From Spirochaetia bacterium (GTDB lineage: Bacteria > Spirochaetota > Spirochaetia > SZUA-6 > Bin103), in NCBI GenBank assembly GCA_965199955.1, contig CBDATQ010000002.1, forward strand, positions 1,619,946-1,683,945: a stretch of 64,000 nucleotides of DNA, read 5' to 3'. Below the pieces are notes generated by a model. That model worked only from the letters and a program-made list of their open reading frames with translations, had not been told where the DNA came from and made no database searches. Shown here one piece after another: positions 61,309 to 64,000 of this stretch. The position numbers and the translations under genes are program-made. The stretch's first letter is position 1. Every line of letters starts with the position of its first letter.

Positions 61309-62550
61309 ATGCTGCCCCGCGAACTGCTGCCACGCGGCCTGCTCCCACGCGACCGGCAGAGCCGATCGCTCTTCGCGGCGCTCGTGCTGCACATATGCGC
61401 CATGGGTGGCGCGGTCGGGGCCATCGGCGCTCTGATCCCGGAGATGATCCGCTCCTTCGATTGGCCGTACACGCATGCCGGGCTGGTCGTGGCGGCCGGG
61501 TCGGCGTCGTTCGTGCTGTCGACCACGGCGGCCGGCTTCGTGCTGCCGCGGCTCGGCGTACGGGTGACCGTGGCGGCCGGCCTCCTGCTGGAGGTGCTCG
61601 GCCTGCTGCTGTTCGGTGCGTGGCCCGGCGTCGCGCTCACGGCCGCGGTCTATGGGCTGCTCGGCATCGGCTTCGGCGCGATGGAGGTGGCCGGCAACGA
61701 ACTGGTGATCTCCATGGAACGCGGCGGGCGCGGTCAGCTCATGAACCTCGTGCACGCCGCGTTCGCCGTCGGCGGGATCACCGTGACGTTGGCGACGTCG
61801 TGGTTTCTGGAGAGCGGCGGCGACTGGCGGCTGGTGTACCGGCTGCTCGCCGGGGCGACCCTGCTCGTGGCGCTGTTCCTGCTCACCCGCCCGGCGCTCG
61901 CCGTGACCGGCATGGCGCGGGGCGCGGGCGGCGCCGCGCAGCAGGGACGGAGGCGTCGGAGCGTCCCGGATCGGAGCCAGGCGCTGCTCCTGGTGATCCT
62001 GGCCGCGATGGGCGTCTACGTCGGTATCGAGCTGGGCGTGGCGGCCTGGATGAGCGAGTTCATCGTCACGGCAGTCGGCGGATCGGTCGCGGAGGGGGCG
62101 CGGATCGTGTCCCTGTACTGGGTCGGGCTGTGCCTGGGCCGCGTGGGCGTTGGCATCCTGCACCGGGGCACGGGCCATGCCCGAGTGATCCTGACGTTGG
62201 CCGCGGTCGCCGTGGTCGGCCTGACCATCACCGTCCCGGCCGGCGGCCTGGGCTGGGCTGCCGCCGGCGCCGTGATCACCGGGATCGGCCTCTCGGCGCT
62301 CTATCCGCTCTTGATCTCGCTGGCGGGTTCGGAGTACCCGACGCGCCGCAGTCAGGCGATGGGGCTGACCGCCGCCAGCGGAGGACTCGGCAGCATGCTC
62401 GTCCCGCTGGCGATCACGGTGGTGGCCGACGCGTTCGGCATCCGTGCCGGCATGCTCGTGTACTTGGGGCTTGTCGTCATCCTCAGTGGTCTGTCGGTAG
62501 CGCTGCTCTCCATGACGCGGACGTTACGGCCGGCCCGTGATCATGTATGA
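61309..62550 (+). CDS. MFS transporter (FucP-like)
   Basis: About 12 TM helices; LPRLGVR, MNLVHAAFAVG, YVGIELG, GLCLGR. Confidence 0.88.
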   Translation: MLPRELLPRGLLPRDRQSRSLFAALVLHICAMGGAVGAIGALIPEMIRSFDWPYTHAGLVVAAGSASFVLSTTAAGFVLPRLGVRVTVAAGLLLEVLGLLLFGAWPGVALTAAVYGLLGIGFGAMEVAGNELVISMERGGRGQLMNLVHAAFAVGGITVTLATSWFLESGGDWRLVYRLLAGATLLVALFLLTRPALAVTGMARGAGGAAQQGRRRRSVPDRSQALLLVILAAMGVYVGIELGVAAWMSEFIVTAVGGSVAEGARIVSLYWVGLCLGRVGVGILHRGTGHARVILTLAAVAVVGLTITVPAGGLGWAAAGAVITGIGLSALYPLLISLAGSEYPTRRSQAMGLTAASGGLGSMLVPLAITVVADAFGIRAGMLVYLGLVVILSGLSVALLSMTRTLRPARDHV

Positions 62551-62584
62551 GAAGCAACAACCGGCCGCATCTACACGACCGTAG

Positions 62585-63418
62585 CTACGTGGTCTCCCAC
62601 GGTACGTCGGCGGGCCAGTCGGCGACCGCCTGCTCGGCGGCCAGGATGGGCTCGACCATCGACCGCAGGCGGGGACGGTCGCTCGTGCGGAGCTGCGGCG
62701 CCGGATCGAGAGCTCCGGAGGGCCAGCGCTGCAGCGTGGCGAACTGGGCGTAGCTCCGCGGCCAGCTCGCGTACTTGAGCGCGATGTACCGCCGGGCCGG
62801 GCGTATCCTGAAGTATACGGAGTGATACAGGGTCTGGGAAAAGAGCACCGCGTCCCCAGGGCTGGTCTCGATGACGTGCGCGGGGATGTTGGAGCCGTGC
62901 TCGCCGAAGAAGAGCGGGTCACGTTCCACGTGGCGCCGGACGAAGGGGAGCAGCGCCTGGTGGAACGGCGCGCGGTGCGAGCCGGGGATCACCCGCAGGG
63001 CGCCGTTGTCCTGCGTCATCGGCACGAGGTACAGCATCACCTTGATGCGCAGGTAGCCCAGCTCGGCGGCGCCGGGCCGGTCCGCGTGCCAGTGGTGGGC
63101 GGTGGGCGATCCCACGACGCCGTGGTTTCCTTCCGATCCGCAGAAGATGAACCGCTCGCCCAGGAGCTGATCGAGCTTGTCGTACAGCCGGGCGTCGTCG
63201 ATCAGGGGCATCAGGACCGCGCTGCGCTCGACAAAGCGATCCTGGTGCAGGGTTGCGGCGGGATCGGGCCGGCCGCCGAAGTCCTCGCGCCAGAGGGCGT
63301 CGGCGGCATCGATAACCGGTCTCATCGTCGCGTCGTCGAACAGCCCGCGCAGCAGGAGAAAGCCGAACGCCTCGAAGTAGTCGATCTGGTCCTGCGTCAG
63401 CCGATGCCTGGGTTCCAT
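62585..63418 (-). CDS. PhyH-family dioxygenase
   Basis: YFEAFGFLLLRG, WHAD, GALRVIPGSH, PGDAVLF..LYH. Confidence 0.9.
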   Translation of the reverse strand: MEPRHRLTQDQIDYFEAFGFLLLRGLFDDATMRPVIDAADALWREDFGGRPDPAATLHQDRFVERSAVLMPLIDDARLYDKLDQLLGERFIFCGSEGNHGVVGSPTAHHWHADRPGAAELGYLRIKVMLYLVPMTQDNGALRVIPGSHRAPFHQALLPFVRRHVERDPLFFGEHGSNIPAHVIETSPGDAVLFSQTLYHSVYFRIRPARRYIALKYASWPRSYAQFATLQRWPSGALDPAPQLRTSDRPRLRSMVEPILAAEQAVADWPADVPWETT

Positions 63419-63497
63419 CAGAACGGAAGCCTACCGCAGCGGCCGGGCATGGCGCACACCTGCTAAGATCGCTTGCGAGTGAGGGGAAACATCGCGG

Positions 63498-63896
63498 ATG
63501 AGTGAGGCAGCCGACCCGCTGGCGGGACACTGGGACTCGCTGGAGAGAACCGTGGGAGCGGCGGTGGAGGCCGGCCGGATCGGTACGCCGAAGGCGCTCC
63601 GTCTGACCGTGCACGTCCACGCCGGCGATCCCGCGGACGCCGCCGAGGTGCGGGAGCGGACCGCGGCTGCCGCGCGCGGCTGCGCCGCCGCCTGGTTCGG
63701 GGGAGAGGCCGACGGCGAGCACGGGGTGGGGGAGGCGCGCCCCGCGGCCGCGTGGCTGCTGCGCTGGCCCGGCGGGCAGAGCGCGCTGCTCGCGGTCAGC
63801 GCGGGCCGCGGCGCCACCGCTGGCAACCTGGTGCTGATGGGTTCGCACGGCAGCATCTATCACCACATCGGGCACCGCGTCGGGGATGCATGGTGA
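63498..63896 (+). CDS. Small protein resembling the C-terminal domain of Gfo/Idh/MocA enzymes
   Basis: AAVEAGRIGTPKALRL...WFGG...LRWPGGQSALL...LVLMGSHGSI; no Rossmann motif. Confidence 0.55.
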   Translation: MSEAADPLAGHWDSLERTVGAAVEAGRIGTPKALRLTVHVHAGDPADAAEVRERTAAAARGCAAAWFGGEADGEHGVGEARPAAAWLLRWPGGQSALLAVSAGRGATAGNLVLMGSHGSIYHHIGHRVGDAW

Positions 63897-64000
63897 TGGC
63901 CGCCCATCGTGTCGTCGCGCTCGGGGGCAACCGGAGCCACCTGGAGAGCTACGCGCGCGAATTCACGGCCGACCCGCGCTGCGAGCTGGTCGCCGTCGCC
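63896..64000 (+). CDS. N-terminal fragment of a probable Gfo/Idh/MocA oxidoreductase (runs off the window)
   Basis: TGATG overlap; MAAHRVVALGGNRSHLESYAREFTADPRCELVAVA. Confidence 0.6.
   Translation, partial: MAAHRVVALGGNRSHLESYAREFTADPRCELVAVA

Overview
High-GC (roughly 70% by eye) bacterial chromosomal window, most consistent with a Spirochaetota member. The inference rests on maf-rpsB-tsf-frr without pyrH, rpsF-ssb-DUF2232-rplI-dnaB, and an acidic RpsB tail. The accessory content (ankyrin protein, five PhyH-type dioxygenase loci, Ig-repeat remnant, many Gfo/Idh/MocA, SDR and LLM enzymes) resembles marine or sponge-associated lineages; this is inference only. About 8-33 kb is a housekeeping core (fni, maf, rpsB, tsf, frr, cdsA, rseP, dnaB, rplI, ssb, rpsF, mutL, gcvH, PBP1A), flanked by catabolic genes, several decayed loci (PhyH, penicillin acylase, IS630, vapBC) and tRNA-Thr(CGT). 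Most notable observations: (1) an unannotated, highly structured ~145-nt candidate small RNA at 31642-31787 (minus strand) with its own promoter and terminator and an exposed C-rich anti-Shine-Dalgarno-like loop; (2) a short palindromic repeat family placed directly after TAG stop codons, one copy where rpsR is missing; (3) loss of uppS and dxr from their conserved operon, next to a type-2 IPP isomerase; (4) many leaderless-type promoters; (5) a GH127-like protein lacking the family's catalytic Cys ligands. No CRISPR array, rRNA or prophage was seen. All calls are by eye, without database searches.
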